A stretch of DNA of 64,000 nt from the NCBI GenBank assembly GCA_030018135.1, contig JASEGJ010000003.1:27083-91082 (forward strand), written 5' to 3'. Origin of the DNA: Candidatus Hodarchaeaceae archaeon. GTDB taxonomy: Archaea; Hadarchaeota; Hadarchaeia; Hadarchaeales; Hadarchaeaceae. A program made the translations under genes and the position numbers. The notes beneath the pieces are model-generated. The model was not told where the DNA came from. It saw only the letters and a program-made list of their open reading frames with translations, and ran no database searches. Positions 37,437 to 47,675 of the stretch are shown here, one piece after another (the first letter of the stretch is position 1; each line of letters starts with the position of its first letter).

Positions 37437-38672
37437 CTACAGGATCCTTTTCGCTGTTATGTCGATTATTTTCTTGATTTCGCTCTCCAGCGCATCAGGG
37501 AGCCCGAGGATGCTGGCATCCATGAACCCCCTTACTATCAGCGATTGGGCCTCCTCTTCGGAGAACCCCCTCGCCATTAGATATCGTATCTGGTCCCCGG
37601 CTATCTTGCCGACCGCCGCCTCGTGCGAGAGCTCGGTTCCCTTGACCCTCGCGACGAGCTCAGGGATCGCATGGATGGACGCGTCGTCGGAGAGCAGGAG
37701 GCCCCTGCATTCGAGGTGTGCTTTGCTATCTTCATGTTCCCCCACCAAAAGGCCTCGGGCGTAGATTTGCGCGCTGTCAGATGCTAAAGCGCGGGCGATG
37801 ACCTCTCCCCTGCTACCCGCGCCCTGGAGGATCACCTTGGACCCGATATCCAAATAGGAATTTCCAGCTCCGTAAAAAATCGCGTTAAATCTAGCCCTTG
37901 AGTTATCTCCTTTGCAATACGCAACTGGGTACATCTGGAGGCTCTTGACTGGCTTCAGGCAAACGTAGTTGTTCACGAACGTGGCGTTGTCCTCCAGCAG
38001 CGCCGCGGTTCTAGGGCGGACGTCAAAATCTTGGGCCCAGTTGTGGACCATGGTGAAGGTGAGCTTCGCCCCCTCCTTCACGAAGAACTCGGTAATTCCG
38101 ACGTGCAACCCCCGCTTGACGTCTGGATGGATGGTGCAGCCAGTTATTATCTGAACCTCCGAGTTGGGCTCCGCTACTATGAGGTTGTGAACGTTCTGGT
38201 TCAGATTGTCCTTGGAGATGAAGAGGCACGCCTGCAGGGGGAGGTCGACCTTCTGGCCTTCAAATATCCTGATGAAGTAGCCCTGGTCCCACTTTAACTC
38301 GGCCAAGGTAGTGTACTTGTCCTGGTTCACATCGATGATTTTCCACCAATAGTCCCCTACCCAGCCGTATTTTTGAAGGGCCTCTTGGGTACTCATTATT
38401 TCTGTCTTTCCTTCCAACGCCCTTTGAACTCCTTGAAAGACCACCGAGTGATCCATCTGAAAATATGTGCCTGCCCTCTTCCCTTCATCGACCCTAACCC
38501 CAACGCTTAGGGCTTGCCGCAGGATATCCTCCGGCAGACCTGAAATTGGGCAGGGGGCCCACGGCCTCGCATCCCTTGAGAAGCTTTCGACATCTAGGTC
38601 AGGGCCAAGCTTGGATGACCTTTCTTTGGCCCTCAGCGCGGCTTCCTTGCTTCGGGGCATCTCTCGCACCAC
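37437..38672 (-). CDS. sufB: SufB/SufD-family (SmsB-type) Fe-S assembly scaffold
   Basis: PLQAC, QNVHN, ITGCT, TMVHNW, VRPRT, QMYP, HLECRGLLL, SHEAAVGKI, YLMARG. Confidence 0.92.
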   Translation of the reverse strand: MVREMPRSKEAALRAKERSSKLGPDLDVESFSRDARPWAPCPISGLPEDILRQALSVGVRVDEGKRAGTYFQMDHSVVFQGVQRALEGKTEIMSTQEALQKYGWVGDYWWKIIDVNQDKYTTLAELKWDQGYFIRIFEGQKVDLPLQACLFISKDNLNQNVHNLIVAEPNSEVQIITGCTIHPDVKRGLHVGITEFFVKEGAKLTFTMVHNWAQDFDVRPRTAALLEDNATFVNNYVCLKPVKSLQMYPVAYCKGDNSRARFNAIFYGAGNSYLDIGSKVILQGAGSRGEVIARALASDSAQIYARGLLVGEHEDSKAHLECRGLLLSDDASIHAIPELVARVKGTELSHEAAVGKIAGDQIRYLMARGFSEEEAQSLIVRGFMDASILGLPDALESEIKKIIDITAKRIL

Positions 38673-39352
38673 CTATAACCTTCCTTCATGATCTGACTGA
38701 GGATTTTGATCGGCTTTCCGGAGCAGGCGATGCTGCCGTTTATCAACACGTGCGCTTCATCCGCCTCTATGTAACGAAGGATGTGGCCCAGGTGGGTTAT
38801 CAAAAGCCCAGATCTACCATCGAGGAAGCTGTTGATGGCCTTGCCGACTATCTCTAGGTTTTCGACATCCACTCCCGAGTCGGGCTCGTCGAATATCGCG
38901 AGACCCGGTTCTTGTGCGAGCACCTGCAAGATCTCAGAGCGTTTTAGCTCCCCGCCGGAAAATCCAAGATTTAAATCCCTCCTCAAGAACTCCGTAGGGA
39001 GGTTTACGGATTCAGCTAGCTTCCAAGCGTCGACTTCGCCTTCGGTGAGTCGATTCAAGATATCGCCTAATTTTACACCCCTTATAGCGGGGGGATTTTG
39101 GAAGGCCACGCCGATCCCGAGCTCCACGCGCTCGTCGATGGGCATGCTCGTGATATTCACCCCTTTAAACAAGATCTCGCCTGAAACGACGCGGTAATTC
39201 GGAAAACCTAGGATCGACATTATTAACGATGTCTTTCCGGAGCCATTTGGGCCGAATAGGACATGGACCTCCCCTTCAGGTATCTCCAAATCGACATTTT
39301 CAAGTACCTTCTTTCCCGCGGTTTCGACTGTTAGGCCTTTTATCTTTAACAA
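38633..39352 (-). CDS. sufC: SufC-type ABC ATPase
   Basis: GPNGSGKT, GFSGGELKRSE, FDEPDSGVD, LITH. Confidence 0.92.
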   Translation of the reverse strand: MLKIKGLTVETAGKKVLENVDLEIPEGEVHVLFGPNGSGKTSLIMSILGFPNYRVVSGEILFKGVNITSMPIDERVELGIGVAFQNPPAIRGVKLGDILNRLTEGEVDAWKLAESVNLPTEFLRRDLNLGFSGGELKRSEILQVLAQEPGLAIFDEPDSGVDVENLEIVGKAINSFLDGRSGLLITHLGHILRYIEADEAHVLINGSIACSGKPIKILSQIMKEGYRWCERCPEARKPR

Positions 39353-39587
39353 GGTGCACGACCTCGCGAATTAGCCCCTATCGCTAACATCAATGTGGGT
39401 TTTAAACTTAAGATTACCGCCTAACCCTGCACGCAGCAGCTATAGAACCGTCGGGGATGTGGCGCTCTTTCTCCCGCAACAGGCGCGCTGCATTCACGGG
39501 AGGGCATAAAAAATCTCAACTCAAGGGCGCTTACGGAATGGCATATGTGTTAGGGGAACCGCTAGAAAATGGTGAGCGGGACAATTC

Positions 39588-39990
39588 GTGAAGGGAGGAA
39601 AATTGAGGGTTCTGTTCGTTTGCGTGGAGAACGCCTGCTGGAGCCAGATGGCGGAGGCATTTTTCAACAAGATGTCAAGGGCGGCTAAGGCAAGCAACGC
39701 TGGCACCAAGCCAGCAATGGTGGTGAATCCTATAGCCGTTGAGGTGATGAAGGAGGTCGGGGTCGACATGAGCGATGCGAGGTCCAAATTGCTGACCCTC
39801 GAAATGCTCGAGGAAGCAGACAAGGTGATAACGATGGGCTGCTCCGTGGGGAGGTCTGCCCCGGGGCCACCGTTGAGGCCGAGGATTGGGCGTCGAGGAC
39901 CAAGCTGGGAAATCGATCGAAAAATTCCGAGAAGTTAGGGATCTGGTGGAGGGGAAAGTTAAGGAGTTGCCGAAAAAATTGGAAGGTTGA
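39588..39990 (+). pseudogene. arsC: Arsenate reductase/LMW-PTP (ArsC), inactivated
   Basis: FVCVENACWSQMAEAF (catalytic R->W), ITMGC then frameshifts; shifted frames give EVCP...EDW and GKSIEKFREVRD. Confidence 0.75.
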
Positions 39991-39998
39991 TGTCTGAA

Positions 39999-40598
39999 TT
40001 ACTTCTCCCGAACGGCGCTGAATCCCAGCTCGAATGCGCGCAGGTTAACCTCTTCGGTGCCCTTCGGCACGTTTTCCCGGATGACGCGCTTCAGGGATTC
40101 CGGTGATGTCGGTAGCTTGTCGACGCCCGCGAGCGCCCCGAGCATGACGACGTTCATCGTCCGCACATTTCCCGCCTGCTGGGCGAGCGAGGTCGCGTCT
40201 ATCGCGATGACCCTCCCGCCGAGCTTTTCCACGGCGCCCCTGATGGTCTCCATACTCGGGTACTCAGCCCTGCCCGTGTTGACGTCCACCGGCGTCCACG
40301 CTCGAGTATTCGTCAGCAATATACCACCCCCGGCGAGGTACTTTACAGCATTCCTGAGCCCTTCGAGCGGCTCAAGCGCGAGCACGATTTCGGCGCCGCC
40401 CTCCGGCACAAGCGGGGTAGGGGCATCTTCGCCTATGCGCACATGGCTTGCAACCGCGCCGCCTCGCATCGCCGCGCCGAAGGTTTCGCCGACGCGAGCG
40501 CGCAACCCATCTCGGATCGCCGCCATTGCGACGAGGTGCGACGCCAGCACGCTGCCTTGGCCGCCGACGCCGGCGATTATCAGGTTGAGCTCGGTCAT
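39999..40598 (-). CDS. iorB: Indolepyruvate:ferredoxin oxidoreductase beta subunit
   Basis: AGVGGQG, ETFGAAMRGGAVASHVRIG, ALEPLEGLR, NVVMLGA. Confidence 0.92.
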   Translation of the reverse strand: MTELNLIIAGVGGQGSVLASHLVAMAAIRDGLRARVGETFGAAMRGGAVASHVRIGEDAPTPLVPEGGAEIVLALEPLEGLRNAVKYLAGGGILLTNTRAWTPVDVNTGRAEYPSMETIRGAVEKLGGRVIAIDATSLAQQAGNVRTMNVVMLGALAGVDKLPTSPESLKRVIRENVPKGTEEVNLRAFELGFSAVREK

Positions 40599-42557
40599 CT
40601 ACTCAACCACGCTCAGGGCCCCGGTCGGGCAGACTTGGGCGCACATCCCGCAGCCGTTGCAGAGAAGAAAATCTATGCCCCCTTTGTTGTCCTTGTAGGT
40701 TATGGCGGGGCAGCCGAAGCTGACGCAAAGTCTGCAGCTAGTGCATTTTTCAGGGCTCACTACCATTTTTTTGCCAACGAATTTCTTCTCCCGCTGCGCC
40801 TGAAGCGTGCAGACCCGTCTAGCGACGACTACGGCGAAGCCCTCGTGCTTTAGCGCCTCCTCGATCGCAGCTTGAGTGGCTCCCAGGTCGAATGGGTCGG
40901 CGGTCCTGATGAAGTCCACGCCGCAGGCTTTAGCTACGTCCTCGATGCGGAGGGCCCTAACCCGCTCGCCGGTGGCCGTGATACCAGTGGCGGGATTTGG
41001 CTGGTGGCCCGTCATCGCCGTCCAGGAGTTGTCCATCACCAGGAAGACGCCCTTCGCTAGGTTGCAGACGGCATTTATCACCGCGGGTATGCAGGCGTGG
41101 AAGAAGGTGGAGTCGCCAGCCACCGCGACGATGGCGCCGTCTCTATAGCCTGCGTGAAACTCTCCCTGCATCAGCCCAACGCCTCCTCCCATGATATAGT
41201 TGGTATCAAGCGCCTCGTATGGCGACTCGATGGGATAGCGGACGGATTCGGTCGAGAAGCTTGGTTTTATCGCCTTCGCGAAAATCCCGTAGCCCCCCTG
41301 CTCGTAACAACCAATGTCGCCGTTGACTATGGGCACCCGACCGCCGAGCTTGCGAAGGGCCTGTTTGAGGGCCCAGTAGCTTCCTAGGTGCTGGCAGCCA
41401 GCGCACAGCGTCGATGAGCGGGGTGAGACGAGTTCGCCCACCTCGGCCTTGATGAACTCCCTCGCCCTATCCCTTCGCCGCCTAATACCTGCCAACTTTG
41501 CGAGGGCATTTGCGACGATGTCGGAGTTTATCTCCCCGACCGGAGGCAGCTCGCCCGTCAACTTGCCAGCAATTTTGACCCTTGGGTTCAGGTCCTTAGC
41601 GAGGGCTTTTACCTGAAATTCCACGAGGGGGTCGCCCTCCTCCACTACGAAGACGGTTTTGACGGCTTTCAGCAGGCGGCCCACCATCCGCTCTGGTAAG
41701 GGCGTCGGGGTTCCCACCTTGAGGAACGCCACCTTGCCCTCGAGCCCGAGTCTTCGAACGGCATCCCGAGCGTAGCTGGCGCCGAGCCCAGGAGCTATGA
41801 TGCCGAGTTTGGGCTTTCCCTTCAGCTCAAGCTTGTTCCACGGCAACTTTTCAACTGCCCTTTTGGCGAGCGGCATGCGGGAGTGTAGCCACCGATGTTT
41901 CTCCACCGGACCTGGAGGCCCGTATACGTTCCAGCGGTAGGCCAGCTCGTAATGCTTGTCGAAGGCCGGCTTTCGGTCGAGCTTTTGAATCTTGCCGAGC
42001 TCGACATCGCCTGAGGCATGACTTAGTCGCGTTGCTGATCGGACCATCACGGGTAGCTTGAGCTGTTCCGAGAGTTCGAAGGCGTAGCGGGTCATGTCCT
42101 TAGCTTCTTGCTGGTCAGCTGGCTCAAGGCAGGGGATCTCGCCGTAGAATGCGGCGAAGCGCGTGTCCTGCTCGTTTGAGGAATAGTGGGCGTCAGGGTC
42201 ATCCGCGACGGCGACGACGAAGCCGCCACGCACGCCCCCGTAGACGAGCGTCATGAACATGTCCATGACCCAATTCAAGCCCGCGTTTTTCATGGAGGTC
42301 AACGCTCGAATGCCGGTTATGGCTGCGCCCGCGGCGACCTCGAAGGCCACCTTCTCATTGGTCGACCATTCGGCATGAAAGCCGAGCCTCGGCGCGGCGA
42401 GCGCGAGCGCCTCCATGATTTCCGACGCCGGTGTGCCGGGGTAGGAAGCCGCGACCCCTATGCCGGCTTCAATTGCCCCTCGAGCGATTGCCTCGTTGCC
42501 CATCAGCAGGACGCGTTTTCCCGGCGAGTCTTCAGCGATGGTTTCGGCAATTCCCAA
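40599..42557 (-). CDS. iorA: Indolepyruvate:ferredoxin oxidoreductase alpha subunit
   Basis: GNEAIARGA, YPGTPASE, NEKVAFE, LCAGC, GDIGCY, GDSTFFH, TAMTGHQP, C-terminal ferredoxin; TTG start after GAGGTGA. Confidence 0.93.
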   Translation of the reverse strand: MGIAETIAEDSPGKRVLLMGNEAIARGAIEAGIGVAASYPGTPASEIMEALALAAPRLGFHAEWSTNEKVAFEVAAGAAITGIRALTSMKNAGLNWVMDMFMTLVYGGVRGGFVVAVADDPDAHYSSNEQDTRFAAFYGEIPCLEPADQQEAKDMTRYAFELSEQLKLPVMVRSATRLSHASGDVELGKIQKLDRKPAFDKHYELAYRWNVYGPPGPVEKHRWLHSRMPLAKRAVEKLPWNKLELKGKPKLGIIAPGLGASYARDAVRRLGLEGKVAFLKVGTPTPLPERMVGRLLKAVKTVFVVEEGDPLVEFQVKALAKDLNPRVKIAGKLTGELPPVGEINSDIVANALAKLAGIRRRRDRAREFIKAEVGELVSPRSSTLCAGCQHLGSYWALKQALRKLGGRVPIVNGDIGCYEQGGYGIFAKAIKPSFSTESVRYPIESPYEALDTNYIMGGGVGLMQGEFHAGYRDGAIVAVAGDSTFFHACIPAVINAVCNLAKGVFLVMDNSWTAMTGHQPNPATGITATGERVRALRIEDVAKACGVDFIRTADPFDLGATQAAIEEALKHEGFAVVVARRVCTLQAQREKKFVGKKMVVSPEKCTSCRLCVSFGCPAITYKDNKGGIDFLLCNGCGMCAQVCPTGALSVVE

Positions 42558-42599
42558 ATCGATCACCTCGATCGTCGATTTCGTGAGGGGGCTGCTCGC

Positions 42600-43967
42600 T
42601 TAAAGGTTTTGCCCGCGAGTTTGGGACTTCCTCGACCTCGCATATTTGACCAACGCTGCCAGCGTGCGCGCTGCGCGCACGGGGCTTGAATACACTGGCA
42701 CCCGCATTTTTTGGAGCTTCGCCCGCTCCTCGATCTCCGCCCGTCCGCCGCCCAGCATCACCGGTATAAGCGTCCTGCCGCCGCCGAAATGCTTCGCGAT
42801 GACATCCGCGATTCCGGGCATCGGGTCGCCGACTATCGCAATGACGGAGTGCACACCCGCGGCCGCCGACAATGCCGTGAGCACTTCATCGTACATCTGC
42901 GAGGTCGCGCTCCCGGTTAGGTCTAGTGGGTTGCGCAATATGCACTCGGGCGGTAGCTTGTCCTCGAGCGAGTGGCGAACGTTCGCCGGTAGCTCGACGA
43001 CGTTCAAACCCAGCTCCTCGCAGGCATCAGTAGCCAAGATGCCCGAGCCACCGGAGCTCGTCACGATGACGACGTCGTCTCCCTCGGGCAGGGGCAGGTG
43101 CGCGAATCCCTTGCAAACATCGTATAGCTCTTCAACGTCGAGAACGCGGATCACGCCAGCCTGCTTGAATGCAACGTCGAAAATCACGTCCGAACCAGCC
43201 AGCGAGCGGGTGTGGGACAGGACGGCTTCCGCACCCTTGGCAGTCCGCCCGCCCTTGAGCACCACGACTGGCTTCCTGCGCGCGGCGGCACGCGAGGTCT
43301 CCATGAACCTCCTGCCATCGCGCACCCCCTCCATGTACAACGCGACCACCTTCGTCCGGGGGTCTTCGGCTAGGTACTCGAGCAGCTCGGTTTCATCCAC
43401 ATCGCACTTGTTTCCTAGCGCCACGAGCTTGCATATCCCAATCCCTTCGTCGGCGGCCCAGCACCCGAGCGCCGCGCCGATCGTGCCGCTCTGTGAGACT
43501 ATGGAGATCGGCCCTTGAACCTTGACCAACGGCCAGCTCGCGCATAGTCCAACGAAGGTGCTGTTGACGCCTTGGCAGTTTGGCCCGATGATGCGGATGC
43601 CCGCTCGTTTTGCGATTTCGAGCGTTTGGCGCTCGAGTTCCTCGCCTGGTGCGCCAGACTCCCTGAAGCCGCCCGAGATGATAGCCGCGGCGGGCACGCC
43701 CTTGGCGGCGCAGTCGGTCATGACCGATGGCACGAAGCGCGCGGGCACGATGATGACCGCAAGCTCGATGTCATCTTGCACATCCTTCACGGAAGGGTAG
43801 CACTTGAGCCCCAGGATCTCGTCGGCTTTGGGGTTGATCGGGTAAAGCTTACCCTTAAAGCCGGCCTCGATGATATTGCGCAGGATTTCATACCCGAGCT
43901 TGCCCGGCTCCCGTGACGCCCCCACGACCGCGACGCTCGATGGCTCGAAAAAGCTGCTCAGCGCCAT
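42600..43967 (-). CDS. acdA: Acyl-CoA synthetase (ADP-forming) alpha subunit
   Basis: VAVVGAS, YPINP, IIGPNC, SQSG, GNKCD, KGGRT, SHTRSLAG, NPLDLTG. Confidence 0.9.
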   Translation of the reverse strand: MALSSFFEPSSVAVVGASREPGKLGYEILRNIIEAGFKGKLYPINPKADEILGLKCYPSVKDVQDDIELAVIIVPARFVPSVMTDCAAKGVPAAAIISGGFRESGAPGEELERQTLEIAKRAGIRIIGPNCQGVNSTFVGLCASWPLVKVQGPISIVSQSGTIGAALGCWAADEGIGICKLVALGNKCDVDETELLEYLAEDPRTKVVALYMEGVRDGRRFMETSRAAARRKPVVVLKGGRTAKGAEAVLSHTRSLAGSDVIFDVAFKQAGVIRVLDVEELYDVCKGFAHLPLPEGDDVVIVTSSGGSGILATDACEELGLNVVELPANVRHSLEDKLPPECILRNPLDLTGSATSQMYDEVLTALSAAAGVHSVIAIVGDPMPGIADVIAKHFGGGRTLIPVMLGGGRAEIEERAKLQKMRVPVYSSPVRAARTLAALVKYARSRKSQTRGQNL

Positions 43968-45358
43968 CAGACCACCGGCCATCTAGGTCCGATGTTCAAC
44001 CCCAGTCGCTCGTCGACCTTGAGGCCGAGTTCCTGCGCGAGTGCTACGACCTCCGCTTCATCGATGGTCTTGACCTCGCGCTCCCGCATGACGATCTCGC
44101 CATCGACGATGACGGTGTCGACATCGCCGCCGTTTGCGGCGTAGACCAAGTTTGAGACCGGATTGCGCACTGGCACGAGGTGGGGTTTTCGCCGATCTAG
44201 GACGATCACATCCGCCAGCTTGCCCGGTTCGAGCGAGCCCAACCGGTCGCCCCAGAGCGTCGCACGGGCGCCATTTACGGTGGCCATCTCCAGGACCGCT
44301 TCGGCGGGCAGGACCTCCGGGTCCAGCAGCCAGCCCTTGTGGACGATCGCGGCGAGCTTCATCTCCCGCATCATGTCGTAGCAGTTGTTGCTCGGTCCGC
44401 CGTCGCAACCGAGCGCCACGTTGACGCGCGATTTGAGCATCTCCGGCACCGGCGCGATGCCGGATGCCAGCTTTAAGTTGCTCGCCGGGCAGTGGCAAAC
44501 GGTTCCGCCAGTCTCGCGCAGCCTCGCGAAGTCCTCCTCCGGGAGCCAGACCCCGTGCGCGTAGATCACGTGCTCGCCCACGAGCCCGCAGTACTCCATG
44601 AATTGCATGGGGGTCATGTTAAACTCCTTTCGCATGTATTCGATGTCCTGCCTAACTTCGGCCAAGTGGATCGTTATGCCCGTACCATGCTCTTTCGCCC
44701 GTTCGGCTATCTCGCGGTAAAAGTCGACGGTGCAGGCGCCGGGCGTCCTAGGGCCGAACCAAACGTGTATCCGGTCGTTGGCTTTGCCGTGCCATTTTTT
44801 GATCATCGCCAGGGTTTCCTCCATCGTCGACCTGCCCTCCTCGACCATGCTAGCGGGTATCGCATCCGGCCTGTCCGCGTAGCCCGCCACATCCATCAGT
44901 TTTTTCGAGAGGGCGGCGCGCATGCCCATCGATTCGACGACTTCGGCGATGCCGTCAAAACCGTAGCGGCTGTGCAAGCCGCTCTCCACGAATGTGGTCG
45001 TGCCGGATTTTATCATCTCCAAGCAGCAGAGTTGGGCGCTGAGCTTACCCTCCTCGGCGGTGTAGGAGCCCTGCATGGGCCAAACCCGCTCGCACAGCCA
45101 CGGGATGAGCGACATGTCGTCCGCGCAGCCGCGGAGGAGCGCCTGGGCGAGGTGAACGTGGCAGTCCACCAGGCCGGGCAGGACCAGCTTGTCTCTGCAG
45201 TCGAGCTCGATGTCGACGCGGTAACGCGGTCGAACATCGTCGGTCTTGCCCACATCGACGATTTCATTGCCCTCGATCACGACCGAGCCGTCCCGCAGGA
45301 TCTCGCGCCGCTCGTTCATCGTCACAACCGTCGCGCGCGTAAGGGCGATATCCGCCAT
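43967..45358 (-). CDS. Amidohydrolase (MtaD/DadD/SsnA-like deaminase family)
   Basis: PGLVDCHVH, IHLAE, YAHGVW, HCPASNLKLASG, LGCDGGPSNN. Confidence 0.88.
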   Translation of the reverse strand: MADIALTRATVVTMNERREILRDGSVVIEGNEIVDVGKTDDVRPRYRVDIELDCRDKLVLPGLVDCHVHLAQALLRGCADDMSLIPWLCERVWPMQGSYTAEEGKLSAQLCCLEMIKSGTTTFVESGLHSRYGFDGIAEVVESMGMRAALSKKLMDVAGYADRPDAIPASMVEEGRSTMEETLAMIKKWHGKANDRIHVWFGPRTPGACTVDFYREIAERAKEHGTGITIHLAEVRQDIEYMRKEFNMTPMQFMEYCGLVGEHVIYAHGVWLPEEDFARLRETGGTVCHCPASNLKLASGIAPVPEMLKSRVNVALGCDGGPSNNCYDMMREMKLAAIVHKGWLLDPEVLPAEAVLEMATVNGARATLWGDRLGSLEPGKLADVIVLDRRKPHLVPVRNPVSNLVYAANGGDVDTVIVDGEIVMREREVKTIDEAEVVALAQELGLKVDERLGLNIGPRWPVV

Positions 45359-45463
45359 GGTATGACCTTACCGATGTAGATTGGACGCCAATTTAATCTT
45401 TCTTTCGAGTCTGGCATGCGCAAAAAATGTCGACCAGCCGTTGGCTTCGGCCATGAGTAGAAT

Positions 45464-46141
45464 TTAAGCGCCCATCCTCCGGCGCCTTCGCTTGTACTCG
45501 GCCAAGCACTCCTTGAAATCCTCGCGGGTGAAGTCAGGCCAGAATTTATCCACGAAGATGATTTCTGCGTAGGCGGACTGGTAGGGCAAAAAGTTGGATA
45601 GCCTGCGGTCGCCGCCAGTCCTTATGATGAGATCCACGGGCCTCGAGACCCAGAGGCATCGCTCGAGCAGCCTTTTGGTTATCCTGCCGACTCTGCTCCT
45701 GCTCGCCTTCTGGACGCACCTCAACAACTCATCCTGCCCGCCGTACGCGACAAGTATGTTTAAGAAGTGGTTGGCGTGGCCCTTCGTGGCCTTCGCGACC
45801 TTGTTTGCCGCCCCCAGGACCGGATCCGGCAGCTTGTAAGTTCGCCCCAATACCCTGATGTTCACCTCATGCCTGTGCACGAACTCGTCCCGGGATAACT
45901 TTTCGAAGTATTCAGAAAATATGGCAAAAATTTTTTTCAGTTCCTGCTCGGGGCGCTTGATTAGGTTTTCTGCCGATAGGGCATAGACGCTGATCTCTTC
46001 TATTCCTTCGTCGACGCACCACCTCAGGCACTCCTCCATGACCTTAGCTCCGCGCTCATGCCCCTGCCAGGGCTCGAGCCCGTGCGCGCGAGCCCACCTC
46101 CGGTTGCCATCTGGGATCAAGCCCAGGTGAATCGGTTGCAC
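45464..46141 (-). CDS. uppS: Polyprenyl (undecaprenyl) diphosphate synthase
   Basis: IPDGNRRWA, LSAEN, AYGGQDE, IIRTGG, RLSNFLPYQ, WPDF. Confidence 0.93.
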   Translation of the reverse strand: MQPIHLGLIPDGNRRWARAHGLEPWQGHERGAKVMEECLRWCVDEGIEEISVYALSAENLIKRPEQELKKIFAIFSEYFEKLSRDEFVHRHEVNIRVLGRTYKLPDPVLGAANKVAKATKGHANHFLNILVAYGGQDELLRCVQKASRSRVGRITKRLLERCLWVSRPVDLIIRTGGDRRLSNFLPYQSAYAEIIFVDKFWPDFTREDFKECLAEYKRRRRRMGA

Positions 46142-46262
46142 TTCATCCGCCGTTTTGAGATAGCATCGTACGTTATTTAACGTTGCCGAGGCCGCCGCGG
46201 CTTCATGTCAATTTCCTCCTGCAAGGGCTTTGCTCGAGGGAAGAATCCCTATGGCACAACGG

Positions 46263-46526
46263 TCAAAGCAAGCGCTTGTGCCTTAATTTTTTCCATGAAG
46301 TTTTCTTCGGTCTCCGCCCTTCCGTGATCGAATATGTAGGCGCATGTCCGATCAATAGCCGCTTACCCTGCATGTCTATCTCCACCTCGACCTCATCCCC
46401 TGGCCTGAACGGGAACGCAGAGTCCCTGGCCAGCTCGGTCGGGATGTAGATGAAGAACTTATCGTAGGTCCGTCGGCCGGTTTGGGTCGGGCGGTTGATG
46501 AGCCTCCCTTTTCCTTTTAGCACCAA
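46263..46526 (-). CDS. AbrB/SpoVT-like small DNA-binding protein
   Basis: KFFIYIPTELARDSAFPFRPGDEVEVEID. Confidence 0.65.
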   Translation of the reverse strand: MVLKGKGRLINRPTQTGRRTYDKFFIYIPTELARDSAFPFRPGDEVEVEIDMQGKRLLIGHAPTYSITEGRRPKKTSWKKLRHKRLL

Positions 46527-46598
46527 TTTGGTTCCCTATTGAGTATCACCAAAAACGCCACTTAACCGATTTTTCGCTCACCATTCTGCTGTTTCTAT

Positions 46599-46901
46599 TT
46601 GGTAACGCAAAGAGTATATACAGCAATGGAAGAACGGGGGCGGGTGAGGAAAATGCGCGAGCGGAGGCCGGCCGAACGGGTTAAGAATGAGGTGGACAAA
46701 AAGTTCCGGAAAATCGGAAAGCTGTCAAAGGCGAAAGGCAGCCTCAAGGAGGGCGGACGAGTGAGGGGCGATATCGAGGCCATGAAGCGACAGATCGAGG
46801 CGCTGTCGGAGCATGTCGACAACCTGACCCACAGGGTGATCAAGATAGAGGAGGGCCTGGAGAAATTGGAGGACGAGTTGAGGCGGCTTTCCAAATCGTA
46901 A
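46599..46901 (+). CDS. Hypothetical basic coiled-coil protein
   Basis: Heptad-rich C-half (IEAMKRQIEALSEHVDNL...LEDELRRL); start uncertain. Confidence 0.5.
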   Translation: MVTQRVYTAMEERGRVRKMRERRPAERVKNEVDKKFRKIGKLSKAKGSLKEGGRVRGDIEAMKRQIEALSEHVDNLTHRVIKIEEGLEKLEDELRRLSKS

Positions 46902-47054
46902 CGCACGAGCCAGTGTCATCCCTCGGCCACCCACTTAGGCTTGAGCTTACTCATGAACCCGCGCTTTTTCGCCGATGGATTTCAGCGCCGCCGAAGGCAA
47001 AATCGAGGGGCGTATATCAAGCGGGAAGCGGCATGAATGAAGGTGGGCGTAGCC

Positions 47055-47675
47055 ATGGAAATAGTGCTCGTCGGGCGGTCGAACGTGGGCAAGTCCAGCG
47101 TGATAAGGCAGCTCACCGGCAAGCGCATTCCGGTCGGCAGGCGCCCGGGCGTCACGCGCAAGTTGCTCCGCTACAGGCACGGCGAACTCGACATCGTCGA
47201 CATGCCGGGCTTCGGGTACATGGCGGGCGTGAGCAGGGCGAGGCAAGAGGAGATCAAGACAGAGATCGTGCGCTACCTCGAGGCACGCAGGCAGGGCATC
47301 CTGTTTGCGATCCAGGTGCTGGACGCCCGCGCGTTCGGCGAGATAGTCGAGCGCTGGGAGCGCCGAGGGCAGGTGCCGATCGACGTCGAGATGTTTCATT
47401 TTTTGCAGGAGCTTGAACTGCGCCCGATAGTGGTAGCGAACAAGATCGACCTCATCTATCCTGACGAACGCGACGAGGTGCTCGACGATATCTGCGAGAA
47501 GCTCGGCATGCCATTCCCGTGGAGCCAATGGAAAGATATCATAGTCCCATTTTCTGCGAAAACGGGAGAAGGCTTAGAGGGTTTAGTAAAGCTGATTTGC
47601 GAGAGATTGATCGCTTGCGGCAAGCCCCACTTTATCAAGTTCTTTAAAATTAGGCGCAAGCTGCATCAGCGATAG
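47055..47675 (+). CDS. engB: GTP-binding protein EngB/YsxC
   Basis: GRSNVGKSS, PGVT, DMPGFG, NKID, FSAK. Confidence 0.92.
   Translation: MEIVLVGRSNVGKSSVIRQLTGKRIPVGRRPGVTRKLLRYRHGELDIVDMPGFGYMAGVSRARQEEIKTEIVRYLEARRQGILFAIQVLDARAFGEIVERWERRGQVPIDVEMFHFLQELELRPIVVANKIDLIYPDERDEVLDDICEKLGMPFPWSQWKDIIVPFSAKTGEGLEGLVKLICERLIACGKPHFIKFFKIRRKLHQR

Noticed and set aside
39420-39520. Possible PIN-domain remnant on the minus strand (LLREKERHIPDGSIAAAC)
   Set aside because: Similarity too weak to support by eye
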